Origin: a bacterium
Lineage (GTDB): Bacteria > Krumholzibacteriota > Krumholzibacteriia > G020349025
DNA: 64,000 nt
Assembly: GCA_031362565.1 (NCBI GenBank)
Contig: JANLSU010000111.1
Span: 11,412-75,411, forward strand
Reading direction: 5' to 3'
Positions 28,406 through 37,517 of the stretch are shown here, one piece after another. Both the position numbers and the translations under genes were made by a program. Within the stretch, counting starts at the first letter, position 1; the number at the start of each line of letters is the position of its first letter. The notes beneath the pieces were generated by a model. It saw only the letters and a program-made list of their open reading frames with translations. It was not told the DNA's origin and did not search any database.

Positions 28406-29779
28406 ATGAGTGATCGAGTCCCGACGCGCATCGTGATCTTGGGTGGAGGCTTCGGCGGCATCTATGCGGCGCTCGAGCTGGAGAAGCTGCTTCGCGAGGA
28501 ACGCAATCGCGACCTCGAGGTGACGCTCGTCAACCGCGAGAATTTCTTTCTGTTCACGCCCATGCTGCACGAGGTGGCGGCGAGTGATCTTGATGTCACG
28601 CACATCGTGAACCCGGTGCGGAAGCTGTTGCGGCGGGTCAAGTTCTTCGAAGGTGACATCCGGAGCGTCGACCTCGCGGCGCACGAGGTCGTCGTGTCGC
28701 ATGGCTCGGACATCCACCAACATGCGTTGCCGTACGACAACTTGGTGCTCGGACTGGGGTCGGTGACGAATTTCTTCGGCATCCCGGGACTCGAGTCCAC
28801 AGCGCTCACCATGAAGTCGCTTGGCGACGCCATTCACATGCGCAACCGGCTCATCGCTTGCTTGGAGGAAGCCGACCTCGAATGCTGCTCGACGCGCCGG
28901 CAGGAACTCTTGACGGTGGTCGTTGCGGGCGGTGGTTTTGCGGGCGTCGAGACGCTGGCTGGCATCAATGATTTCGTGCGCGAAGCGCTGCCTCACTATC
29001 CCAACCTACATGCAGACCAACTCCGCATGGTGCTCGTCCATCCCGGCGAAGTGATTCTGCCGGAACTCGGGCCCAAGCTCGGCGCCTATGCACAAGGCAA
29101 GCTCGCGGCGCGTGGCGTCGAAATCCGTTTGAAGACCAAGGTGGCGGGAGTCGAGGACGGTTTGGTGACTCTGACGGATGGCACGCAGATGGCAGCACAC
29201 ACGGTCGTGTGGACGGCCGGCACGTCGGCGCATCCGCTCCTGCAGGAAATCCCCTGTGCCAAGGAGCGTGGCCGGTTGCGTGTCGATTCGTTCTTGCAGG
29301 TCGAAGGGACGCCGGGCGTCTGGGCGCTCGGCGATTGCGCCCTCGTGCCCGATGCGAAGAACGGCGGCTACTATCCGCCGACGGCGCAGCACGCCGTGCG
29401 CCAAGGCAAGGTGCTGGCGCGCAATCTCCTGGCAACCGTGCGCCACGAGCCGCTCGAGCCGTTTCGATTTCGCACCATCGGCCAGCTCGCGGCGATTGGC
29501 CGGCGCACGGGCGTCGCACAGGTCTTCGGAGTGCAGTTCTCCGGCTTCCTCGCCTGGTGGATGTGGCGCACGATCTATCTCTCGAAGTTGCCGCGTTTCG
29601 AAAAGAAACTGCGCGTGGCGCTCGACTGGACCCTCGATCTCTTCTTTGCGAAGGACTTCGTGCAATTCTCGACCAGCCGGAGCCGGGCCGAGGGCGCTCC
29701 GGCTCTTGGCGCCATGCCGGTCGTCCCGGTGGTGCCCGTGCCGGTCGTGCGTTCTCCGGAGCAAGAGGCTGCAGCGTAG
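28406..29779 (+). CDS. ndh: Type II NADH:quinone oxidoreductase (NDH-2)
   Basis: ILGGGFGG, FTPMLHEVA, VAGGGFAGVE, WTAG, ALGD and PPTAQHA motifs; GGAGG RBS. Confidence 0.88.
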   Translation: MSDRVPTRIVILGGGFGGIYAALELEKLLREERNRDLEVTLVNRENFFLFTPMLHEVAASDLDVTHIVNPVRKLLRRVKFFEGDIRSVDLAAHEVVVSHGSDIHQHALPYDNLVLGLGSVTNFFGIPGLESTALTMKSLGDAIHMRNRLIACLEEADLECCSTRRQELLTVVVAGGGFAGVETLAGINDFVREALPHYPNLHADQLRMVLVHPGEVILPELGPKLGAYAQGKLAARGVEIRLKTKVAGVEDGLVTLTDGTQMAAHTVVWTAGTSAHPLLQEIPCAKERGRLRVDSFLQVEGTPGVWALGDCALVPDAKNGGYYPPTAQHAVRQGKVLARNLLATVRHEPLEPFRFRTIGQLAAIGRRTGVAQVFGVQFSGFLAWWMWRTIYLSKLPRFEKKLRVALDWTLDLFFAKDFVQFSTSRSRAEGAPALGAMPVVPVVPVPVVRSPEQEAAA

Positions 29780-30109
29780 CCCCGGACCGCCGCGAGGTCG
29801 GCGCAGCCGGCGCCCGGTGTCAACTCCCGCGACAGACGTCCGTCATTCCCGTCGACGAATGCCCCCGGCACGCCGCCCGAAAAACACCGGAGTAGAGCGG
29901 TTATTCACCAAACTCCGCGGTGGCCCATGGTTTGCGAAAGCAGTCTCGACCGTCGAACCCCCGGCGCCGTCGAGCGCCGCGGTGTTGTTTGAAAAAACAA
30001 AACGCCCGGGGGCACAGACGTTTTGCAACGGGGCCTCTGAGGGTTGCGACACGAGTCGGGCCCTCGGAGGATCCCTGTTTCAACCTGTGCGCCTCGCCGA
30101 TCGTGCGGA

Positions 30110-30339
30110 GCGCAGACGTTTTCCATCCGACGGCCTTGGACGGGGTGGCGGTGCACGCCAAGCGGAGCCAGGAGCACTGTCTCGACGTTATCCGTCCCCT
30201 GTCGCCGAATGCCGCAGCGCAGACGTTTTCAATCCGACGACCTTGGACGGGGTGGCGGTGCACGCCAACCGGAGCCAGGAGCACTGTCCCGACGTTATCC
30301 GTCCCGTGTCGACGGAGTGCCGCAGCGCAGACGTTTTCC
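30110..30339. repeat. Intergenic tandem direct repeat, about 107-108 bp x 2 plus partial third copy
   Basis: Units start GCGCAGACGTTTT at 30110, 30217 and 30325; the two full copies are nearly identical; variant GCACAGACGTTTT at 30012. Confidence 0.9.
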
Positions 30340-30393
30340 GTTGCGAGGCTCGCTGCCGCGGCGCCGGGCCGCCGCACTCCACGGTGCACAGAT

Positions 30394-31287
30394 TTACCGG
30401 GCGGTTTCTGCGAGTCGGGCGATGCGGTCGCCGAGGCTTCGGAAGCCGAACTCTTGGATGGCGTGCTGTGCCGTTTCGGGGGTGAAGGCCGGGAAGCGGG
30501 CGGCTTCGAGGTCGAGCGTGACGGGTGCGTCGGTGCGCAACGTGACCAACCGGCGTGACAAGTCGGCCGATTCGCGGCCGTCGGCGAGCGCATTGCGGGC
30601 TCGAGTGTTGGTGATCTGATCGAGGTGCGTGTAGATCGCGTCCAACGATTCGTAGCGCTGCAGCAACTCGGTCGCAGTTTTCTTGCCGATGCCCGCGACG
30701 CCGGGAATTTCGTCCGAGGCGTCGCCGACGAGTGCTTTCCAATCGCGGATCTTGGTGGGCGGCACGCCGTAGCGCGCTACGACAGCGGCTTCGTCGTAGA
30801 CGACGGGCTCCGCAAATGTCTTGCCAGGGGTGACGATACGGACGCCTGGGGCGACGAGTTGCAGGACGTCGAAGTCGCCGCTCAGGACATCGACGTTGCA
30901 GCCGTGCGCTTGGCCTTGGCGCGTCAACGTCGCGAGTAAATCGTCGGCCTCGAAGCCGTCGCGTTCGAAGACCGGCACGCCGAGGCGTGCGAGAAGCGTG
31001 CGCAAACGCGCCACTTGCGGTTCCAAGTCCTCGGGTCCCGCGGTGCGCGAGGCTTTGTAGGCGGGGAAGAGCGCGGTGCGAAACGGCTCGCCCAGGTCGA
31101 ACGTCACCGCGACGTGGGTCGGCTGGCGGTCCTGGACCACTCGCACGAGAATATTCATGAAGCCGTAGAACGAATGCGCCGGCTCGCCGGTGGCGAAGCG
31201 CACCGTGTCGGGAATGGCGTAGTAGGCGCGGAATGCCACCGAGTGCCCATCGACGAGCATCAGGAGCGGGGCCGTAACGTTCGACAT
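30394..31287 (-). CDS. Stand-alone 5'-3' exonuclease/flap endonuclease (PolA N-terminal domain family)
   Basis: LVDGHSVAFRAYYA, YKASR, FEADDLL, SGDFD and LVGDASDEIPGVAGIGKKTA motifs; no polymerase domain. Confidence 0.9.
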   Translation of the reverse strand: MSNVTAPLLMLVDGHSVAFRAYYAIPDTVRFATGEPAHSFYGFMNILVRVVQDRQPTHVAVTFDLGEPFRTALFPAYKASRTAGPEDLEPQVARLRTLLARLGVPVFERDGFEADDLLATLTRQGQAHGCNVDVLSGDFDVLQLVAPGVRIVTPGKTFAEPVVYDEAAVVARYGVPPTKIRDWKALVGDASDEIPGVAGIGKKTATELLQRYESLDAIYTHLDQITNTRARNALADGRESADLSRRLVTLRTDAPVTLDLEAARFPAFTPETAQHAIQEFGFRSLGDRIARLAETAR

Positions 31288-31482
31288 GCCCGCACCATAC
31301 CCGATTGGAGCGGGGGCGCGGGGTGGCGTCGCGTCGCGGCGAGCTGCGCGTCGGGGCGGCGGCTCTTGCGTCCTGCCCTGGGCATTCCTATAGTCGAGGA
31401 CGAGATTCGAGACCGGGTCGCAATCCGCGGCTCACTGCCCGCGTCCGTCGTTCGTTCGAGCCGCCCACGGAGGTCCGTCCCA

Positions 31483-31917
31483 ATGCCTTACGATCCCAAA
31501 ATGGTGCAGCCCATGCGCGAGGAACTGACTCGCATCGGCGTTCAGGAACTACTGACCCCGGCCGATGTCGACGCCTTCATGGGCCAAAAGACCGGCACCA
31601 CCCTCATCGTCGTCAATTCCGTTTGCGGTTGCGCCGCGGGCACGGCGCGCCCGGGTGTGCGCCTGGCGCTCGAAAGTGACGTCAAGCCGGATCGCGTTGC
31701 GACGGTGTTCGCCGGGCAGGATCTCGACGCCGTGGCGAAGGTGCGTGGCTACTTCGGCCAGTTCCCGCCGAGCAGCCCCTCGATGGCGCTCTTCAAGGAC
31801 GGCCAGGTCGTGCACTTCGTGCCGCGGCATGTCATCGAAGGCCGCGATGCGGTCGGCGTCGCGAACCATTTGGTCGAAGCCTTCCAGAAGCATTGCGTAC
31901 CGGCTGGGGCCAAGTGA
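31483..31917 (+). CDS. BrxA/BrxB (YphP) family bacilliredoxin
   Basis: VQPMREELT, NSVCGCAAGTARP, TVFAGQD and PPSSPSMALFK motifs. Confidence 0.92.
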   Translation: MPYDPKMVQPMREELTRIGVQELLTPADVDAFMGQKTGTTLIVVNSVCGCAAGTARPGVRLALESDVKPDRVATVFAGQDLDAVAKVRGYFGQFPPSSPSMALFKDGQVVHFVPRHVIEGRDAVGVANHLVEAFQKHCVPAGAK

Positions 31918-32201
31918 GCCATCGCACTTTCCATCACGACCGTCACGAGCTGCACGGCATCACCGTCGTCGTCGACACGAGCGGCCCCGAAGTGTGGGTC
32001 GGCCGCTGCGACGACATCGACGCGGAATCGGTCATCCTGCTCGATGCCGCTATGCACCAGGATGGCGAAGGCGGCCACTCGAAGACGGACTGGGTCAAGC
32101 AAGCCGCTTTGTACGGCGTGTGGAAGAAGCACGACCGGGTGCAGCTGCCGCGCGCGCAGGTTGCATCCGTGGTGCGCCTCTGCGACGTGCCGACCACCTG
32201 A
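31914..32201 (+). CDS. Small hypothetical protein coupled to the bacilliredoxin gene
   Basis: GTGA overlap; 95 aa with typical codon usage; His-rich N-terminus. Confidence 0.7.
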   Translation: MSHRTFHHDRHELHGITVVVDTSGPEVWVGRCDDIDAESVILLDAAMHQDGEGGHSKTDWVKQAALYGVWKKHDRVQLPRAQVASVVRLCDVPTT

Positions 32202-32305
32202 CAGCACCGCAATAGAGCCTCGAAACGACGACGCGCCGGCTCGCACCCGGCGCGTCGCGCTTTCCATCCGTTCGCTGGTCGCTTGCGGCTCGCAACTGCT
32301 CCAGG

Positions 32306-32899
32306 CTACTTCACCTGCTTCGCCTTCCACGACCGGTACACCATGTTGACGCCGATGAGGACGATGAACGCCGGCCACCAGTCCTCCAGCCAATCGAGAC
32401 GGAAGTCGACGTCGAAGCGCGTGTTGAGCAGGATCATGATGCCGAGCACCGTGATGACGATACCGCCGACGAGCGAACTGCGGCCCGACGGCAGCTTGAA
32501 GTCTTCCGGCATCGGCGCCGGGCTCAAGCCCGCGAGTGCCTGGTTGTAGAGCGAGGCGCGCCGCGCCGCGTCGATCAATTGGTAGAAGAAGAAGAAACCG
32601 AGACCGACGCCCAGCAACGGTTCGAGCCCGCGGCCATGCCGGCCATTCGCGAGGGCGGCAATGGTGCACGCGAAAATTCCCGCATGCACGAAACCACGCT
32701 GGTAGTAACCGATGTAAATCTGCCCGAGCCCGGGCATGAACGACAACAGCGCGGCCAAGAGCGGACTCTTGCGGCGCGAGTTCACCCAGCGTGGATCCCA
32801 GGCCGGCGGCACGGCGCCCGGCGCGCCGAATCCTGCGGTGCCTGGTGCACCTTGGGGAGCGTCCGTCCCCATGGAGTGCGCTTCCTCTTGAGACGTCAT
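32306..32899 (-). CDS. Membrane protein (TM2-like N-part, LiaF/DUF5668-like C-part)
   Basis: RKSPLLAALLSFMPGLGQIY...RG; WWPAFIVLIG. Confidence 0.75.
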   Translation of the reverse strand: MTSQEEAHSMGTDAPQGAPGTAGFGAPGAVPPAWDPRWVNSRRKSPLLAALLSFMPGLGQIYIGYYQRGFVHAGIFACTIAALANGRHGRGLEPLLGVGLGFFFFYQLIDAARRASLYNQALAGLSPAPMPEDFKLPSGRSSLVGGIVITVLGIMILLNTRFDVDFRLDWLEDWWPAFIVLIGVNMVYRSWKAKQVK

Positions 32900-33006
32900 G
32901 AGCTTCTCTCCCAGTGATCTTCAGCGGACTCGCGTCGCGCGAGCGTCCTTCGCTCGCAGTGGACACGCACCGAGTGCGTGCCGGGTTCCGTTGCCCGGTG
33001 CCCCGC

Positions 33007-33966
33007 TTACGGCGGCGGAGCAGGGTTCGATGTCTCGACGCCCGTCCAACTGCTCCACAGGGCGCGCACATCGCTGCCGATGCCATGCAAGGCCAAGGTG
33101 GTGCCGGCGAAGTTGTGATCGCCGAGGGATTGCTGCAGAACTCCCCAATGGATCTGGAAGCTGCCATACGCTTCGTGCATCCCCGGGTGATGGTCGGCGA
33201 ATGAACTCGCTTGGTCGCGGCCGCCGCCGGCGACGCGTCCCGCGGTTTCGTCCCAGGCGCGTTGCCCGAGCGCCCCGACGCCGCTGTGCAAGGCCCGAAG
33301 CTGGGCGCCGGCGTCACGCGCCGCGGCGCGCGGATCGACTTGCACGAGGGCGAGGGCGCGCGCCGGCACATTGCGAAACGGCGACGCCGACGTGCCGCAC
33401 AGAGCAACGATCAAGAGCAGGGCGACGTAGGCTGCTTCCCAGGCGAAACGCGGCCGCACGACCATGCGGCGCCACCACGTTTCGACCGTATCGCGCCAAC
33501 CGGGTTCTGCCGTCTGGCGCGCCCCCGACGTGGCTTCGACGACGGCGCGGGTGAATTCCGCGCCTGGGTCGAGGGCCGCCATTTGCGGCAATTCCAGTGT
33601 CAGAACGACGAGAGCGCCGTGCAGCGCCGTGCAACGCTCGCAGTGCTCGACATGCGACTGCACGAGCTCGGCCAAGAGCGGCTCCAAGGCGTGATCCACG
33701 AACTCGGGCAAGAGTCCCACGGCACGTTCGCATCCCGAGCCGCTCGTGCGCTCGAGGATGGCACCCGCCAGCTCACGCGGCGCGGCCTGTGTTCGTGCCT
33801 CTGCGTCCGCTGCCGGCAGAACACCGAGCGCTTCGTGCAGCGCGCCGACGAGCGCGGCGCACTGCGCGCAGCCCGCCAGGTGCGACTCGGCAGCACGCTG
33901 CTCGACATCCGAGAGCTGGTGCTCCAGGTAGTCGGTGAGCCGGTCTTCGAAGCGTTCACAGTTCAC
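33007..33966 (-). CDS. Anti-sigma factor with two ZAS/zf-HC2 motifs and a TM helix
   Basis: HLAGCAQC and HVEHCERC; GTGA overlap with sigma. Confidence 0.82.
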   Translation of the reverse strand: MNCERFEDRLTDYLEHQLSDVEQRAAESHLAGCAQCAALVGALHEALGVLPAADAEARTQAAPRELAGAILERTSGSGCERAVGLLPEFVDHALEPLLAELVQSHVEHCERCTALHGALVVLTLELPQMAALDPGAEFTRAVVEATSGARQTAEPGWRDTVETWWRRMVVRPRFAWEAAYVALLLIVALCGTSASPFRNVPARALALVQVDPRAAARDAGAQLRALHSGVGALGQRAWDETAGRVAGGGRDQASSFADHHPGMHEAYGSFQIHWGVLQQSLGDHNFAGTTLALHGIGSDVRALWSSWTGVETSNPAPPP

Positions 33967-34556
33967 GACTGCGTCTCCGATTGCGGTGCCGCGGCTTCGG
34001 GCAATGTGCCGCCCGACAGTGCCAGTACCTTGCGCGCCAATTCGATGCGGGCGCGGTTCGATCGTGACTTGACCGTGCCGATCGGGACATCGAGCATGGT
34101 GGCGATTTCTTCCAGGCTCAGCTCTTGAATGTCTTTCAGCAGAATGATTTCCCGCGACAGTTCCGAGAGCTGCTGCAGCGCCAGGTGCACGAGCCGGCGC
34201 CGCGCGTTCGAGTGCAACGCTTCGTCCGGGCGCGGCGTTTTCGACGCCAAGCTCACCATGTCTTCGGCCGGCACGTCGCGGGCGGGTGGGCGTGCCTTGC
34301 GCCGTCGCAAGTGGTCGATGCAGGCGTTGCGCGCGATCCGAATCGTCCACGGGACGAAATGTTTTTCTTCGGTGCAGGCGTCCAGATTGCGGTAGATGCG
34401 CACGAAGACGTCCTGCGTCACATCCTGCGCGTCCTCGACATCACCGACGTAATGCAGCACGAGCCCGTGCAGCCGCGATTGGTGCTGGCGCACGATGCGC
34501 TCCCAGGCGAGTTCATCGCCCTGCCGGCAGCGCTCAAGGAGAGAGGCGAGGTCCAT
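33963..34556 (-). CDS. ECF RNA polymerase sigma factor
   Basis: GDELAW, DAQDVTQDVF, IARNACIDHLR and GTVKSRSNRAR motifs. Confidence 0.92.
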   Translation of the reverse strand: MDLASLLERCRQGDELAWERIVRQHQSRLHGLVLHYVGDVEDAQDVTQDVFVRIYRNLDACTEEKHFVPWTIRIARNACIDHLRRRKARPPARDVPAEDMVSLASKTPRPDEALHSNARRRLVHLALQQLSELSREIILLKDIQELSLEEIATMLDVPIGTVKSRSNRARIELARKVLALSGGTLPEAAAPQSETQS

Positions 34557-34885
34557 CGCGTGCATCCCAGGGAACGGTCTCGAAGGTTTCGTCTGGATCC
34601 GACGCCTCCGAGGTTTGCACTCCCTCAAGCGCCCTGTCGACCTCCAAACGCATCCCAGGCTCCCGGGGTTCGGTCAGTCGCCGGAGGCCCGTCCCGGGCC
34701 TCCGGCTTTCGTCGGCGTTGGGGGGGCGTGAGTAGCCGCGGTGGCGAGGACGGCGATCGGGAGCGAAGGGTGCCTGGACGGTCGACGGGGGGCGCCCCCC
34801 CGGCCCCCGGGCTTGGCTCCCTCCCACCCGCCGCCCCATACTCCGCCCCTCGGTTCCGCCCAAGCTCCACAGGAGGCATCCGCCC

Positions 34886-35293
34886 TTGGCCCACTGGCTC
34901 GTGAAATCGGATCCCGAAACCTACGGCCTCACCGAACTCGAGCGCGATCGCAAGACGCGCTGGGATGGCGTCGCCAATGCGGTGGCGGTGCGCCACATCC
35001 GCGCCATTCGCAAAGGGGATGACGTGTTCGTGTATCACAGCGGCGGCGACAAGGCGATCGTCGGCGTCGCCCGCGCCACGACCGACGGGCGCGACGATCC
35101 CAAGAATGCCAAGCTTGCGGTCTTCGATCTGCAGTTCGTGCGCCGCCTCGCGTTCCCCGTGCCGCTCGCAGCCGTCAAGGCCGATGCACAGTTCGCCGGC
35201 TTCGATCTGGTGCGTTTGCCGCGCTTGTCGGTGTTGCCGGTGCCGGCGCCGCTTTGGAAACGCTTGTTGGCAATGGCCGGCGAGAAGGCCTGA
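34886..35293 (+). CDS. EVE domain protein
   Basis: WLVKSDP, WDGV-x-N, GD-x-VFVYHS and RLSV-x-PV motifs; GGAGG RBS with TTG start. Confidence 0.9.
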   Translation: MAHWLVKSDPETYGLTELERDRKTRWDGVANAVAVRHIRAIRKGDDVFVYHSGGDKAIVGVARATTDGRDDPKNAKLAVFDLQFVRRLAFPVPLAAVKADAQFAGFDLVRLPRLSVLPVPAPLWKRLLAMAGEKA

Positions 35294-35304
35294 AAATAGA
35301 AACA

Positions 35305-35334
35305 ACACGGGCGCCCCGCCAAGGGCGCCCGTGT
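35305..35334. terminator. Probable intrinsic terminator between convergent genes
   Basis: ACACGGGCGCCC-loop-GGGCGCCCGTGT, 12-bp stem; U-rich tail on minus strand. Confidence 0.7.
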
Positions 35335-35363
35335 CATTTGGGGCGTGCATGCCACCCAGGATT

Positions 35364-37517
35364 TCAGCCGGCGGACTTCTTGAACTTGTCGGCTGGAATC
35401 GCGTCCGTCGTCAGGCTCGTCGTTTCCGCCGACAAGAACGGCTGGCCGTCCTGCACGATGGACACCTTGTGCGGCAGGAGCAATGCGCCAACCTTCTTGA
35501 AGCCTTCGTAGAACGTCTCGGAGCGCACCGGCGCGCCTTGCATGTTCTTGCTGCGGCCTTCCTGTTTGACCACCAGGCGAGAGGCCTTGTCCACGAAGAC
35601 CTTGAACTTCTTGCCGCCCACCGGTGACATGAGCACGACGTCGGTCGCGGCGCCATTGACCGGCTCGGCACCGATCCATTGCGGCGAGTACGAGTCCGGA
35701 TCGCGCAGGTAGGCGAGGAAGTCCTGCGCCACTTGGTCCTTGGCGTCGGCGATGTCGCTCGGATCGAAGTCCTTGGCGCGCGGGCCGGCCATTTGGAAGC
35801 CGGTGTTCGCGGGCCCGCTGAATACCTCGACCATCTTCTGGCCCATGACTTCGATTTCTTGGCGCGTGTTGCCGGGATACTGGCGATAGCGCGTCAGTTT
35901 GCCCGGAATGGTCTGGCCCATCACCGACAGCGTCAGGGACTGTTGTTCGGTGATGTTGGTGAGCTTGCGGAGGGCGTCGCCGCCGCCGAGCGCTTTCGTG
36001 GCCTCGGCGAGCACCGTCTTGCCCTTGGCAAGCGTCTCCGGCGTCGCCACCGGATATTCCTCGACGACCGCCGGTTCGGGAATCGTCACGTCGATCGTGT
36101 CCACCTTGCCGAGCGATGTGAGCGGCGCACCGAAGTCGGCCGCCTTGCCCACGACCAGGACCGCGAACTGATCCGGTTGCAGGTACTTGCCGGCGGCCGC
36201 TTTCACCTGGTCGATGCTGACCGCTTCGATCCGCTTGGCGAATTGCTCCAAGAAATCCGCCGGGTAGCCGTTCCGTACGTAGTTGATCTGACGGTTGACG
36301 ATCGCACCTTTGTTGGTGAAGTTGAACACGTAGGAGTTGAGAATGCTCTCCTTGGCGCGTTGCAGTTCTTCCGGTGTGATCGACTGCGTCTTCATCTTGC
36401 GCACTTCATCGATGCACGCCTGCACGGCTTTGACCGTCGTTTCCGACTTGGTGCCGCACGACACCATGAACATGCCCGGATACTGCAAGCCGGCGCCGAG
36501 CGACGAACCGACGTTATACGACAATCCCTGCCGGGACCGCACTTCGCTGAAGAGCCGCGATCCAAACCCGCCGCCCAGCACTTCGTTCATGACGCTCAAG
36601 GCGTAATAGTCCGGGTCCTTTTGCGTCGTGCCGCGGTGGCCCATGGCGATGTTGGATTGGTTGACGCTCTCCTTGACCACGAGATCGAGCGACGGCGTCG
36701 TGGCCGGCACCGGCGGGATCTCGGGGTACGCGACCGCTACCTTGGGCCATTCACCCAGCACGTTGCGCACCCGTTCGATGGCCTGCTTGGCATCGAAGTC
36801 GCCCCACACGGCGAGGTACGCATCCTGCGGGTGGTAGTACTTCTGGTGAAACGCCACGAGATCGTCGCGCGTCATATGCGCCAAGTCTTCGTACTCCATC
36901 TGGCGCGCGAACGGATGCTCGGCTCCGAAGAGCAATTTGTCCATTTCGCGGCTGGCGATACCGCTCGGATCGTCGTTGCGGCGCGCGATGCCCGAGCGCG
37001 CTTGCTTGAGTTCCAGATCGATCTTGTCGGCGGGATAGGCCGGCAAGAGCAGCAGGTCGCGCAGCATCGCCAGCGACTTGTCCATGTCTTCGACCAGGAC
37101 ATTGACGCTCACCGTGGTCGTCAGCTCGGAAGCACTGGTTTCGATCGCGCCGCCCATGTTTTCCAGCACTTCGTCCATGTGGTCGCCGGGCACGACTTCA
37201 GACCCGCCGGAACGCAGCACGTCGGCGGTGACTTCGGCCAAGCCGATCTTGCCGGCCGGGTCGAACGCCGTCCCGGCCTTCATCGTCAGCGTCAAACGGA
37301 AGAGCGGCAGCTCGTGATCCTCGATCATGAAGACCTGCAGGCCATTGTCCAGCGTCACGCGCTGCACTTGTGGCGCGACGATGTCGCGCAGCTTGGGCGT
37401 CTTGATCTTCTGGTAAGGCTTGGCCCCGGCAAGCGCGAGCCCCGGCGCGGCGATGGCCGCTGCGACGATGGCCCCGGTGACGGCACCGGCGATGATGCGG
37501 AATCGGTTCGTGTTCAT
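35364..37517 (-). CDS. M16B peptidase non-catalytic subunit with extra C-terminal domain
   Basis: Signal peptide; LDNGL...EDHELP; LGGGFGSRLFSEVRSRQGLSY; no HXXEH; ~230-aa extension. Confidence 0.85.
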   Translation of the reverse strand: MNTNRFRIIAGAVTGAIVAAAIAAPGLALAGAKPYQKIKTPKLRDIVAPQVQRVTLDNGLQVFMIEDHELPLFRLTLTMKAGTAFDPAGKIGLAEVTADVLRSGGSEVVPGDHMDEVLENMGGAIETSASELTTTVSVNVLVEDMDKSLAMLRDLLLLPAYPADKIDLELKQARSGIARRNDDPSGIASREMDKLLFGAEHPFARQMEYEDLAHMTRDDLVAFHQKYYHPQDAYLAVWGDFDAKQAIERVRNVLGEWPKVAVAYPEIPPVPATTPSLDLVVKESVNQSNIAMGHRGTTQKDPDYYALSVMNEVLGGGFGSRLFSEVRSRQGLSYNVGSSLGAGLQYPGMFMVSCGTKSETTVKAVQACIDEVRKMKTQSITPEELQRAKESILNSYVFNFTNKGAIVNRQINYVRNGYPADFLEQFAKRIEAVSIDQVKAAAGKYLQPDQFAVLVVGKAADFGAPLTSLGKVDTIDVTIPEPAVVEEYPVATPETLAKGKTVLAEATKALGGGDALRKLTNITEQQSLTLSVMGQTIPGKLTRYRQYPGNTRQEIEVMGQKMVEVFSGPANTGFQMAGPRAKDFDPSDIADAKDQVAQDFLAYLRDPDSYSPQWIGAEPVNGAATDVVLMSPVGGKKFKVFVDKASRLVVKQEGRSKNMQGAPVRSETFYEGFKKVGALLLPHKVSIVQDGQPFLSAETTSLTTDAIPADKFKKSAG

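Noticed and set aside
30012..30339. CRISPR array
   Set aside because: The shared motif is only 13 nt, the intervals are ~85-95 nt and two are duplicates of each other, and no cas genes are present
29920..30558. Protein-coding ORFs across the repeat region
   Set aside because: No recognisable motifs or RBS; repeat units of 107 and 108 bp do not preserve frame consistently
34886..35293. EVE protein as part of a modification-dependent defence system
   Set aside because: Stand-alone gene with no nuclease fusion or defence neighbours in the window
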